Below, piece by piece: positions 1-9,382 of a stretch of 64,000 bases of DNA. The translations under genes were made by a program, and so were the position numbers. The stretch comes from an uncultured virus (IMG/VR IMGVR_UViG_3300025000_000001) (lineage: Duplodnaviria > Heunggongvirae > Uroviricota > Caudoviricetes): the IMG/VR virus record IMGVR_UViG_3300025000_000001; one strand, 5' to 3'. A model generated the notes under the pieces. That model was not told where the DNA came from and searched no databases. It saw nothing but the letters and a program-made list of their open reading frames with translations. Every line of letters starts with the position of its first letter. Position 1 is the stretch's first letter.

Positions 1-127
1 TGGTACTGGCGCATGCTGCGCAGAGCCACCATCGGGCTCTTAGGCTCTGGTACTGGCGCATGCTGCGCAGAGCCACCATCGGGCTCTTAGGCTCTGGTAC
101 TGGCGCATGCTGCGCAGAGCCACCATC
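1..127. repeat. Perfect 47-bp tandem repeat, 2.7 copies visible, runs off the window edge
   Basis: Unit tggtactggcgcatgctgcgcagagccaccatcgggctcttaggctc at 1-47 and 48-94, partial at 95-127; no spacers. Confidence 0.97.
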
Positions 128-502
128 ACAAGCACTTTTTAATCTCCCTTCCCTTTTGTCTTAAATCTACAATTCGATATTCTTAGACACCGGCACTTGT
201 CGTAAAACGACAATTTTATAGTCTTTTTTGTGCTTTTAAGACGTGCGTCTACAATGACTTGTGTTAAATTTAACCGTAAAATGTTGGATGATACCAAACG
301 ATCATAATATTGTAGACTGGCGCGCCCAACATGACATAGTTAAATGTGGTATACCTAATATACGCTTGATTTTATGCAGAATCCTTTAACATTAGTACAA
401 TCATACACCTTACAAAAACGTTAAGATTAATATCGTTTTTTTAGGTTAAAATTGGATTGTAACCAATTCAATTTTAGATTACTTTTCAAAAGGAGTTTTA
501 CC

Positions 503-643
503 ATGTTAAAGAATTTAGCTTCTCTCGTTCTCTTGACCGCTGCGGGTGCGCATTTCATCTATACCTTAGACTTTGCAAGCTTTGGTATCCTGATTTGTGT
601 TATCTGTGTCGTTTTTTTCATCAATTCAATCATCAGCAAATAA
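503..643 (+). CDS. Small membrane protein (46 aa)
   Basis: SD AAGGAG before ATG 503; two hydrophobic stretches. Confidence 0.65.
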   Translation: MLKNLASLVLLTAAGAHFIYTLDFASFGILICVICVVFFINSIISK

Positions 644-658
644 GGATAGGGTAAAATC

Positions 659-949
659 ATGGAAACAGTTCAAATTGCAAATTACAAGAATGGCAATGGC
701 TTGACAATTGAATCTGATGTAACCGATAAGGTAAGCGTCACAATTGAAACAACTTATGACGGTGTAACAAGTCGCTATACGAATCACTTTGGGGTTATTA
801 CTCTGATTGGCTGTAAACACTACGTTAAAGGTTTAGAATTAGGGGAGCAAATGTTTTATTATCTGATTAACGCAGAAGTCTACAATGCTTTGCGCTTTGC
901 AAAAAGCGATACTTATACCACTGTCACAGTGGTGCGCGACTTGTCATAA
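659..949 (+). CDS. Hypothetical protein
   Basis: ORF in tandem with neighbours, purine-rich RBS. Confidence 0.65.
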   Translation: METVQIANYKNGNGLTIESDVTDKVSVTIETTYDGVTSRYTNHFGVITLIGCKHYVKGLELGEQMFYYLINAEVYNALRFAKSDTYTTVTVVRDLS

Positions 950-985
950 AACAGTAAACTTATCAGACAAAAAGGATTAACCAAC

Positions 986-1228
986 ATGAAAAAAATCTAC
1001 TCGAATAAAGACGCCGATATAGAAATTTATATTCTCTTTTCAGTCTGGACTAAGTTCCATTATCAGGATACCCGATTCTCTGCTAAAAACGTTTTAATCA
1101 ACTGGGGTCAAACGGTTAAAATTTTTGACAGCTTAGATGACGCTATCAATTGTGACGCTATGGAATGGTTATCACCCGATAATAAAGCAATTGCTCAGGC
1201 AAAATTGACTCTCGCATGGTTGAAATAA
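986..1228 (+). CDS. Hypothetical protein
   Basis: AAAGGA RBS; followed by terminator. Confidence 0.65.
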   Translation: MKKIYSNKDADIEIYILFSVWTKFHYQDTRFSAKNVLINWGQTVKIFDSLDDAINCDAMEWLSPDNKAIAQAKLTLAWLK

Positions 1229-1267
1229 GGATTTTATTACAGATTAAACCTTAACCTTCCCTTCCCT

Positions 1268-1298
1268 AAAAAGTCTACCCTAAACAGGTAGACTTTTT
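1268..1298. terminator. Intrinsic terminator, probably bidirectional
   Basis: aaaaagtctacc-ctaaaca-ggtagacttttt. Confidence 0.8.
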
Positions 1299-1499
1299 GC
1301 TTTTAACCCAGCTCTTTTCAATTGTTCACTTTTCTAATTATCTCTTTTCGCCTGGACAGATCGCAGCCAACAAATCTATATCAGACTAAACATATCGGAA
1401 TAGGAATTGTTCATTTGCAGAACAAACTTTTAGCCACATTTAAAAACATTGCCGATTCGGAAATAAAAGAGTATCTTTTTGTAGTTTTAATACAATATA

Positions 1500-2550
1500 T
1501 TAGTAATATATTGTAGTAATCGGTACTATTTGTTAGATGATCTAATTATACTATTTCTATCTGTTTACAAATGATTAATGATTGTTCTCTTACTGAATTA
1601 TCTATTGAGCATACTCTAAGATAATTAGATAATCTAATTATATATAGTTAACTAATCTAATTATCTATAACTTATACCCTATATATAGGATATCTCGCGC
1701 ACGTGTGCGTACATATAGGGGATATACAGGATATAATAGTTTAGTAAGTAAACAAATAAAGAAGATAGGAATAGTCATATACGTAGATTTGGTCTGTAAA
1801 ATGGCTCTTTTTTAGGCATGACTAAATTGTAGATTAGGATAGATGAATATTAGATGTTAGTATGTACTAATATTTAGTGTTAGTATAAGGTAAGATTAGA
1901 TGTAAGTATGATGTAAGTACAATGTAAAGTAAAGTATACATGATGTAAGATAGATTTTACATTTGATAGCGTATAGATATAAAATACTATGTCCAGACCT
2001 AAACTGTTACTAGTATGATTATTGATATTATCAATGTTACTATCAATAATATCAATATTTTAGTTAAAATAAATAAATATTATCAATATCGATATCAATT
2101 ATTCTTATGATCATAGCAGAGTATAAGAGCCTGTTTCAATGATCATTGCCTACACACTATCTATTTATAGTGTAGAGTAGATTGTATACATATACGCAAT
2201 TCATATGATGATTGTAACGATAGGGGTTATTTTACATGACAGGTCGCAGCACGTTCACATAGGCCGGTATAGCACATTAATCTCTATAGCATCATTACCA
2301 AAAATCTACAACTAAAATTCCTACAAACTAAAACTAAAATATCAAAAAATAATATCAAAATCTCATCAAAAAATCAACGTTTTATCATCCCAAAATCCAC
2401 TAAAATCTATCATTTTCTTATCTAAAACTACTCAAAAACAGCTATTATTCCAACAAAAACTATAGTTTAGAAGCATTAAAATAGTATATAGTAGAAGCCA
2501 CTAAACGATGATTTAGCTCGTAAAACAACAGAATTCGAGCTAATGTAAAA
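1500..2550. other. AT-rich non-coding region, candidate origin or packaging/terminus region
   Basis: No ORFs; short repeat families tctaatta, gatgtaag, tatcaat; palindromes; switch to an A/C-rich strand after ~2280. Confidence 0.5.
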
Positions 2551-2558
2551 TGGTATAA

Positions 2559-2591
2559 AAATAGCTCCTATTTAGAATATAGGAGCTATTT
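2559..2591 (-). terminator. Hairpin terminator downstream of helicase
   Basis: aaatagctcctat-ttagaat-ataggagctattt. Confidence 0.65.
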
Positions 2592-2692
2592 AAAGTATTC
2601 AATTGTGATAACTTTCACTACTGCCAGCAATCTGGTCAAAAATGCTTATATATACCTCAATTTGCTGGCAAATACTGGCAAATAAACTGAAG

Positions 2693-4165
2693 TTAAATTC
2701 TTTCTACAATCCAATATCTTTTGGAATAATTTGAATCTCCCCTATCCCAGCATTCTTTTAAAACTATTCTGTATGGAAGTTTATCTTCTTCAATGTGTTC
2801 TTGGATGCCAGGAAGATTTCTTGCTTTGATTCCTTTTCTTGGAATCACATCAAACATTCTGCCATAAAAATCTTTCTTGAATTTTTCCTTGTCTTCGCCA
2901 AATATCCTTTTACCAACATATCCTTCTAAAAGTTCAGAAATAGTTTTTCTTAAAATAACTTTATCCAAAATTACAGCAAAGGAAGTTCGTATTCCTAAAT
3001 AACTCATAATGTAATCGACATATCCGTTTTCTTCTTCCGAGGAAAACATTTTGATTGCCATTTCGGTAAAATATTCAGAGTAATCTTTCTGAGCAGAATT
3101 TACCTCTCCATTGACATAGAACACTGGATATAGCTTAGTTTTGGTATAAATCAAACTATTCAAATATTCTGATGGGGTTTCGTAATTTTTACTTCTCTCT
3201 ACTTCTTTTAGATAGGCCGTGTGTTTTTTATTTTGAACAACTATTTGTCCGTAGTTATTTTGAATGTATAGCTCCAATTTATCTTCTGAATTTGTCCAGC
3301 GCCATCTCCCCAAACATTGAACTATATCTATTGGATCAATCATATCAATGTAGATTTTAGAGATTGAGGAATCAATAATTGAAACTCCGTTATCCATTAC
3401 TTTAGTTGTACAAAGAACTTGGCAACTAAATTTGTTTGTATCAATGATTTCTTCCATTGTCTCTTTGCTTGATCGATTATAATTCTTTCTATTGCCATCA
3501 GAGCAGATAAATTTAGCTGAAATTCCAACATCGGTAAGGCGATTTACAATGTTTAAACAATCTGTAGTGTTGCCAAAGTAAATAACCTTTTCTTCTGAGC
3601 CTAAAGATTCTAACGAGGGAAATATGGTTGCAATTCCACCGTAAAAGAAAATCTTATTGATATAAGAATAATCTTTTGGCAAAGTGTATCGCTTATCAAA
3701 TTTGCTTATTCCTAGCTTTAGAACATCTGGAGTTGCTGAAAGAAGAATGAAGGTGCAATCAAGGTTGTGATTCTTTATTGTGTCGTAAAACATTGATGAT
3801 GAAATATTAACATCTCTATCTGAGGAAGTATAGTGAATTTCATCTCCAACCACAAATTTATATCCACTCAACTCCTCCCGTATAGAAGAACCTTGTTTTA
3901 CGGCTGACTCAATAGACTGGTAACTTACAATCTTTATTACGTTCGGATCACAACCTATGAAATCTTTTTCTATTTGTTTTCTTAGGAGCGATCTATTTAT
4001 TAGATATAAAATTTGATATCCATTGTCTTGAGCGTATGGATAAAGAATTTTTCTGATGAAGGTAGTTTTTCCGCTGCCGGTCTGAGATTCTATTAAAATT
4101 CTCAGATCGTCTTTCCAGGTTGGAACATCTTCTTTTGGTATAATGGAATCGATGTATTTTTGCAT
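2693..4165 (-). CDS. Superfamily 2 (DExH) helicase
   Basis: Walker A SQTGSGKTT, DEIH, motif III SAT, TKVMDNGVSI, QCLGRWR. Confidence 0.9.
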   Translation of the reverse strand: MQKYIDSIIPKEDVPTWKDDLRILIESQTGSGKTTFIRKILYPYAQDNGYQILYLINRSLLRKQIEKDFIGCDPNVIKIVSYQSIESAVKQGSSIREELSGYKFVVGDEIHYTSSDRDVNISSSMFYDTIKNHNLDCTFILLSATPDVLKLGISKFDKRYTLPKDYSYINKIFFYGGIATIFPSLESLGSEEKVIYFGNTTDCLNIVNRLTDVGISAKFICSDGNRKNYNRSSKETMEEIIDTNKFSCQVLCTTKVMDNGVSIIDSSISKIYIDMIDPIDIVQCLGRWRWTNSEDKLELYIQNNYGQIVVQNKKHTAYLKEVERSKNYETPSEYLNSLIYTKTKLYPVFYVNGEVNSAQKDYSEYFTEMAIKMFSSEEENGYVDYIMSYLGIRTSFAVILDKVILRKTISELLEGYVGKRIFGEDKEKFKKDFYGRMFDVIPRKGIKARNLPGIQEHIEEDKLPYRIVLKECWDRGDSNYSKRYWIVERI

Positions 4166-4180
4166 AGTACAGATTCCATT

Positions 4181-4969
4181 TTACCTAGAACGCTTCCTAG
4201 ATTTTTTAGTTGTTTCCTTATTTTTAGTTGGAATATGGCCGACCCAATAATCATTTTCCTGGAAAAAGAAAATACCAACTCCCAAATATTTCATATGGGC
4301 GTTTAGCTCATCGAAACTTGGGTACAAATCATCTATTATTCCTGGGAATAAAATAAACTCATTTCTGACATATGGAATTTGATAATCCATCATGTAAGAT
4401 AATTCGTTTGCAAAATTTACAGTTGGGGTATATCCTTCTAATCCAAACTCAACTGTTGACCTAAACATTTCTGCAATCATTTCAGCGTTATAATTGTAAG
4501 AAACATCCTTTAGAGTTTTTCCATTCGTTAAAAGCAAATTCTTAGAAGGCTCTAAAATTGAAAAATGTTTTAAAGCTAAGTTATCCCAACTTTTATCTAT
4601 TCCAGATTCTCCACCTTCAGTCAGAAACATTCCACAATCTGGGCAGAAGAAAAAGTCAAACCTATTATTTCCAGAGCCATTGAGAAATATTGGATTCCAA
4701 GCCTCCCTAACGGCCTTTCTATCTATAAGGTTCAATTCATCTTCCTCTAGTTCTTCGTATGGTTTGCCAAGTTGATTCAATGACTGGACTCTTAAACACC
4801 GAGCCAACATTTCGTGGTATTCTGGTGAATATGGATTAAGGTCATCTGTATTATTACAAAACCTACAGTGACCATCTCTGGCATTGTTTCTCAAGAATTC
4901 TCCATCCTCGGTTTTGAACGATCTCTCAAACCAAAAATGATCTCCGAACATATTAAATTTGTTCTGCAT
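4181..4969 (-). CDS. Hypothetical protein with two CxxC pairs
   Basis: CRFC and CPDC; SD AAGGAGG; same operon as helicase. Confidence 0.75.
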   Translation of the reverse strand: MQNKFNMFGDHFWFERSFKTEDGEFLRNNARDGHCRFCNNTDDLNPYSPEYHEMLARCLRVQSLNQLGKPYEELEEDELNLIDRKAVREAWNPIFLNGSGNNRFDFFFCPDCGMFLTEGGESGIDKSWDNLALKHFSILEPSKNLLLTNGKTLKDVSYNYNAEMIAEMFRSTVEFGLEGYTPTVNFANELSYMMDYQIPYVRNEFILFPGIIDDLYPSFDELNAHMKYLGVGIFFFQENDYWVGHIPTKNKETTKKSRKRSR

Positions 4970-5121
4970 AAAAACATCCCTCCTTTTGGGGGTTTCTCGA
5001 TGCCGATTGAATTAAATAAATAGGGAAGAGATTATCGGCAAGGAGGTTGAAAAATCCAATCTCTTATCAGTCGGGTTTATAACTCCCAACCTATCCCTAT
5101 TCTTTTGGAACAAACTCGCGT

Positions 5122-5160
5122 TCCCTTTCTTATTATATATTTGTGTTGTAAATCGTAACA
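5122..5160 (-). promoter_or_regulatory. Conserved motif copy 1, candidate phage-RNAP promoter or operator
   Basis: Minus strand tgttacgatttacaacacaaatatataataagaaaggga; near-identical to 14037-14074. Confidence 0.55.
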
Positions 5161-5196
5161 CGCAACACAATAGAATCGAAGCATTGTTCCTGGATA

Positions 5197-5225
5197 ATAG
5201 TACCACAAAAAGGCGAATTTGTCAA
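5197..5225 (-). promoter_or_regulatory. Sigma70-type promoter, leftward
   Basis: TTGACA-17 nt-TACTAT with extended -10 TG. Confidence 0.75.
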
Positions 5226-5269
5226 TAGGGAATTTGTGGCCGAGTTTATATATTCCCCAATATTGCCTC

Positions 5270-5298
5270 TTGACAAAATGCAAATTTTATGGTAGAAT
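5270..5298 (+). promoter_or_regulatory. Sigma70-type promoter, rightward (early)
   Basis: TTGACA-17 nt-TAGAAT with extended -10 TG. Confidence 0.85.
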
Positions 5299-5319
5299 AT
5301 TTATAGTAAAAGGAGTAAA

Positions 5320-6228
5320 ATGAAAAACTGGAATCCTGCTGAATATCTAATTTTTGAAACCGTTACAGGTTCTCATTTGTATGGAACTTCTACACCTGAT
5401 AGCGATGTTGATTTACGAGGAATTTGCATTCCACCAAGAGAAGTTATGTTGAATCCATTTCAGGGGTTTGAACAGAAAGACTCTGGATTCGAGGAAGAAG
5501 ATCGTGTGATTTACGGGCTAGAGAAATTTGTAAAACTTTGTGCTGATGCAAATCCGAACATCATAGAATTACTTTTTGCTCCAAAAGATTCTTGGAAGTT
5601 TATTGATTTGAGGGGAAAAACTCTTTTAAGAAATTACACTCTCTTTTTATCTAAGAAGATCAAACACACCTTTACGGGCTATGCTTTTTCTCAGTTGAAT
5701 GATATCAAACGTCATCGGCAATGGTTTCTTGATCCACCAAAACAAAAACCTAGCAGAAAAGAATATGGTCTTGGAGAAACACCTATTGTTAGCGGAGATT
5801 CTTTGTCAGCACTTTCTAATCGTTTAGACTTACTCAAAGAAGATGTTCGAGATGAAATTAAAAGAGAACTTTCTTACAGAGAAGCTAAAATTCGTTGGGA
5901 TAATTATTGGTCTTGGAAAGTCAATCGTAATCCAAAAAGAATGCAGATGGAAGAAAAATTCGGTTATGATACCAAACACGCAATGCACCTTGTTCGTTTG
6001 ATGATTGAAGGAAAAAATCTTTTGTTAGACGGATACCTGGAATTTCCACTAGAAGATTCTGCTTGGTTGATTGCAATTCGAAATGGAGAATATACCTATG
6101 AGCAAATTTTAGATTTGGCAACAAACATGGAGGCTGATTTTGATCTATGGTATGAAAAATCATTTCTTCCTAACGGGCCAGACAGAGAGGCGATCAGTGA
6201 GATGTATTTATATTTGACGAAGGAGTAA
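5320..6228 (+). CDS. Pol-beta superfamily nucleotidyltransferase (Nuc-transf/RlaP-like)
   Basis: GSHLYGTSTPDSDVDLRG, NPNIIELLF, KHAMHLVRL. Confidence 0.88.
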   Translation: MKNWNPAEYLIFETVTGSHLYGTSTPDSDVDLRGICIPPREVMLNPFQGFEQKDSGFEEEDRVIYGLEKFVKLCADANPNIIELLFAPKDSWKFIDLRGKTLLRNYTLFLSKKIKHTFTGYAFSQLNDIKRHRQWFLDPPKQKPSRKEYGLGETPIVSGDSLSALSNRLDLLKEDVRDEIKRELSYREAKIRWDNYWSWKVNRNPKRMQMEEKFGYDTKHAMHLVRLMIEGKNLLLDGYLEFPLEDSAWLIAIRNGEYTYEQILDLATNMEADFDLWYEKSFLPNGPDREAISEMYLYLTKE

Positions 6229-6231
6229 AAT

Positions 6232-6657
6232 ATGTTAAAATTTATACGGAAGTTATTTTTTCTTATTGCTGGTGTCGGTATAGGAGTTGGAATTGCTCTT
6301 GCTGCAATTCTTGCTATTCCCGTTTATGCAAGTACAGAGAATCCAGATAATTACTACTGGAACAGCGGTCAATTTGTTGGCTCATTGATTTTAGAAGAAG
6401 GTTCAGTTTACTGTTTTCTTGAAGGCGAAACTAATCTGAATTGCTATCATTACTCAAATGAACCTTATGTAATTTACAGCAATCAAGTAAGTGATTCTAA
6501 GTTTATTCGATTTGATGGCTGTAATAAAGACGGTTGGATTACTGTTTTAGGTAACGGTACTACTACAATGAAATTTGAACTACCTTCAAAAGTAGTTTCT
6601 TGTAGTAGTCAAAATAACGCAATATTTTACCCGATTATAATGACAGGAGGAGAATAA
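6232..6657 (+). CDS. Exported or membrane-anchored protein
   Basis: N-terminal basic plus hydrophobic segment ending VYA; C-terminus IFYPIIM. Confidence 0.75.
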   Translation: MLKFIRKLFFLIAGVGIGVGIALAAILAIPVYASTENPDNYYWNSGQFVGSLILEEGSVYCFLEGETNLNCYHYSNEPYVIYSNQVSDSKFIRFDGCNKDGWITVLGNGTTTMKFELPSKVVSCSSQNNAIFYPIIMTGGE

Positions 6658-6659
6658 TT

Positions 6660-6939
6660 ATGAAGAAATCAGAAATTGACCAAACTGGTAGAAACAATGC
6701 GAGAACACCTTGAGATTTTAGAGGCTGAAATTGTAAGGCAAGGTTTAGAGATTGAGGATTTGAAAAAGGGTCGAATTTCTCTTTGCGAACCAGGAGATTC
6801 TGAGGAATATCATTGGACTAACTTTAGCGCTAAACGATGCCCTATTTGCAAGCAATTGATTAGACCCGATAGAATTCATACCTGTTGGGCTTTCAAACCA
6901 TATGAGACTATTTGTAATGATGATAGGTGGTGGTGGTAA
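6660..6939 (+). CDS. Hypothetical protein, apparent +1 frameshift at ~6675
   Basis: SD plus ATG at 6660 (MKKSE) is one base out of frame with ORF 6676-6939. Confidence 0.55.
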
Positions 6940-6940
6940 A

Positions 6941-7183
6941 ATGGAAGATAATATTTGGCAAGACACTATAAATTTACCTGGAAGATGGGCTGTTAGAGCC
7001 AGAATTGGTGATTATCGTTGGGAATACTGGACTATTCTAGTTTATGCCGGTGGCGGAATTAGCGAAGAAAATGAAAATGGCGAAGGTATGGGTACATACT
7101 ATTCTAGTTTTGATGCGCTGATCGCGCAACTAGAAAAAGATGGTTGGACTAAATATGGTTTTCAAAAAGTAAGGGATGTCTAA
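6941..7183 (+). CDS. Hypothetical protein
   Basis: Tightly packed ORF. Confidence 0.65.
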   Translation: MEDNIWQDTINLPGRWAVRARIGDYRWEYWTILVYAGGGISEENENGEGMGTYYSSFDALIAQLEKDGWTKYGFQKVRDV

Positions 7184-7480
7184 ATGACGGAAGAAAGATT
7201 AACCTATACTATGGATGAAGTCTTCGAAGAAATTCGAAAAGACCCAGAGTATCAAAAAATTTACAGAATGCAAAAACCATACTATGATATTGTTTCTGGT
7301 ATTGTTGGCTTGATGATTAAGACTGGTTTTGATAGAGAGAAGATTTCTGAACTCTCTAAGATCAAACCGAATCGCCTGGTAAAAATTATCTCTGCTGATT
7401 GTGATCCTAAGATTAGTGAGTTAGTGATGATTGCTGAGGCTTTGGGAGCTAGTTTAGAAATTGAATTTAAGGAGTTTTAA
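7184..7480 (+). CDS. XRE-family HTH protein
   Basis: ISELSKIKPNRLVKIISADCDPKISELVMIAEALG. Confidence 0.8.
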   Translation: MTEERLTYTMDEVFEEIRKDPEYQKIYRMQKPYYDIVSGIVGLMIKTGFDREKISELSKIKPNRLVKIISADCDPKISELVMIAEALGASLEIEFKEF

Positions 7481-7481
7481 C

Positions 7482-7703
7482 ATGATCTGGATTGATAAAC
7501 CAAATAAAGTCGGCTGGTGGCTCGTAAGATTTGAAGATGAAGATATTCGTGATGGTCGGTACTATGAAGTTTTATTTATGGATAAAGACGGTTGCCTATC
7601 AGAAGCAGACGAAGAAGAAGTTTATGAGAATGCAGAAGATTTCCTGGACTGTTGTGTTCCCTGGAATAGCATTTTATTTTCTTTAATTGAAGAAGGAGAG
7701 TAA
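7482..7703 (+). CDS. Hypothetical protein
   Basis: SD AAGGAG before ATG 7482. Confidence 0.65.
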   Translation: MIWIDKPNKVGWWLVRFEDEDIRDGRYYEVLFMDKDGCLSEADEEEVYENAEDFLDCCVPWNSILFSLIEEGE

Positions 7704-7705
7704 TA

Positions 7706-8044
7706 GTGAAGACTTATTTAAATCAAATTATAAACGGAGTTATGGTTGATGATATACATTGGGACGATGAAGAAACGCTGGATGAAGAGACAATTCTCGA
7801 ATTTGTCAAAAAGAAATTGTCTGGACGTTGGGATGCGCTTTTATCTGTTTCAAAGAGTCAGAAAGTATTCGTTCCGGTTAGAATGTTTGGATGGAACGAA
7901 ATTTTAGGCTGGAATTTTGAAAATGTTTCGATCAGGTTCTATTCTGGAGTAGAAGAAATTCAGATAAACGCTACCGCTTACATTCCAAAGAAAAGACTTT
8001 ATAGCAATAAAAAAATCAAGAGATTGTTCTATGCCAGGTTCTAG
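7706..8044 (+). CDS. Hypothetical protein
   Basis: SD plus GTG, packed operon. Confidence 0.65.
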   Translation: MKTYLNQIINGVMVDDIHWDDEETLDEETILEFVKKKLSGRWDALLSVSKSQKVFVPVRMFGWNEILGWNFENVSIRFYSGVEEIQINATAYIPKKRLYSNKKIKRLFYARF

Positions 8045-8267
8045 GAATAAAACTTGCGTTGTATGCGGAGAGATTACGGTTGGCTCTTACTATGGTTTTC
8101 CTGTTTGCTTAGACTGCTATGAGAGTGAGAAACTTCCTGCATGGTTATTTGAGATTTATGTCAACAACAAGATCACTCACTTTGCTTGGCAGGCAGCTAA
8201 AGATCATTACGAGTACAATTATAAAGAGATTATTCAAACTCTATTGGATGGAGATGAGGAATTATGA
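8031..8267 (+). CDS. Small zinc-finger protein
   Basis: CVVC...CLDC. Confidence 0.65.
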   Translation: MPGSRNKTCVVCGEITVGSYYGFPVCLDCYESEKLPAWLFEIYVNNKITHFAWQAAKDHYEYNYKEIIQTLLDGDEEL

Positions 8268-8635
8268 GCAAAGTTTCAAAGAAACTAGAAACATTTAGAC
8301 AAGTTATTCCTTTGGGATATTTTTTATCTTTTGAAAGAGTAGTCGATGAGGTAAGAGATTTAGAAGATTACTACGAAACCGCAATGGAACAAAACTCCGA
8401 TCTATTGAAAAGCCATTTTCTCTTTGAGAAAGTTACAGAGTTATTGGAGATCTTAGAACAAATGAAAGAACTTATAAAAAATCCTGATGGTAAAATTATT
8501 TTCTGCGATAGTGAAGGATGTTGGAAACCCGGAACAAACGGGGTTGTATTTTCTGGTAATATGTGTTATTATTGTGATGAATGCTGGGAAGAATATTTAA
8601 AAGAGGAGAATAAAAATGGAACTAATGATGGCTGA
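8264..8635 (+). CDS. Hypothetical protein, Cys-rich C-terminus
   Basis: ATGA overlap with the upstream gene. Confidence 0.65.
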   Translation: MSKVSKKLETFRQVIPLGYFLSFERVVDEVRDLEDYYETAMEQNSDLLKSHFLFEKVTELLEILEQMKELIKNPDGKIIFCDSEGCWKPGTNGVVFSGNMCYYCDECWEEYLKEENKNGTNDG

Positions 8636-8735
8636 TATTGAACAGATGTGGCTTGAAATCGCCCTCGGAGGATTGCTTTTCTTTGTTGGAGTCAGAATGT
8701 TGATAGTTTGGGCTACTCGCGGGCCATTGCAATGA
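8616..8735 (+). CDS. 39-aa single-TM peptide (absent from ORF track)
   Basis: SD GAGGAG; MELMMADIEQMWLEIALGGLLFFVGVRMLIVWATRGPLQ; ATGA overlap with next gene. Confidence 0.55.
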   Translation: MELMMADIEQMWLEIALGGLLFFVGVRMLIVWATRGPLQ

Positions 8736-8902
8736 AATGCGAACACCAGGGTTGTACCAATTGGGCAAATCACTGTATTTCCTACTGGTTAAATAAGGAT
8801 GCAATGCTTGTTCTTTATTATTGCGAAGAACATGCTCCAGAAGGATGTGAGGAATTTGAAAATCCAGAGGTAGAGGATGCGCAAAACCAAAGTAATCAAT
8901 GA
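8732..8902 (+). CDS. Small Cys/His zinc-binding protein
   Basis: MKCEHQGC...YCEEH. Confidence 0.55.
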   Translation: MKCEHQGCTNWANHCISYWLNKDAMLVLYYCEEHAPEGCEEFENPEVEDAQNQSNQ

Positions 8903-9131
8903 AACTGTTCAAATAACCAAAACGGTAGAACTGATCTGCAATAAGTGTGGAAAGACAGTAAAATTAGATAAAGACGCTTGGCAAAATCAAGAGTCAATTC
9001 AGCACTTTGAAATTCATTTTGGTTTTGGAAGCAGATTCGATATGGAGCGTTGGGAGTTTGATCTTTGTGAAGACTGTATCGAAAAGATTGTAAAACCATT
9101 TAAGTATAAACCCACAAGGAGTTCTGAATGA
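8877..9131 (+). CDS. Zinc-finger hypothetical phage protein
   Basis: CNKCG...FDLCEDC. Confidence 0.75.
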   Translation: MRKTKVINETVQITKTVELICNKCGKTVKLDKDAWQNQESIQHFEIHFGFGSRFDMERWEFDLCEDCIEKIVKPFKYKPTRSSE

Positions 9132-9382
9132 GAATTGAAAACGGCGGAGTGCATGTTACCTGGCAGGACATTGAAAAAAGTCTTGAGAGTGATTTGACGG
9201 TTCCTCTTTCCATCAACAACCAGGCTCGAATGGCAGAATATATCAAAGAGCATGAATTAGACTTTGTAGAGGCTCTGAACAAGTTTTTTATACAGACATA
9301 CGCCAACGGTGAAGCCTGGATGACTGGATTACCGATTGGAAGCACGGACAAACCACAAAATAAGGATAAGAAAAAGCGATGA
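9128..9382 (+). CDS. Hypothetical protein
   Basis: ATGA overlaps on both sides. Confidence 0.65.
   Translation: MRIENGGVHVTWQDIEKSLESDLTVPLSINNQARMAEYIKEHELDFVEALNKFFIQTYANGEAWMTGLPIGSTDKPQNKDKKKR

Noticed and set aside
1..127. CRISPR array
   Set aside because: Units are contiguous and identical with no unique spacers; no cas genes in the window
1322..1516. 64-aa ORF in the AT-rich region
   Set aside because: TTG start without SD, downstream of a terminator, no recognisable features
5030..5085. Hammerhead ribozyme (ctgataag on the minus strand)
   Set aside because: Core differs from CUGAUGA and no GAAA follows a stem II
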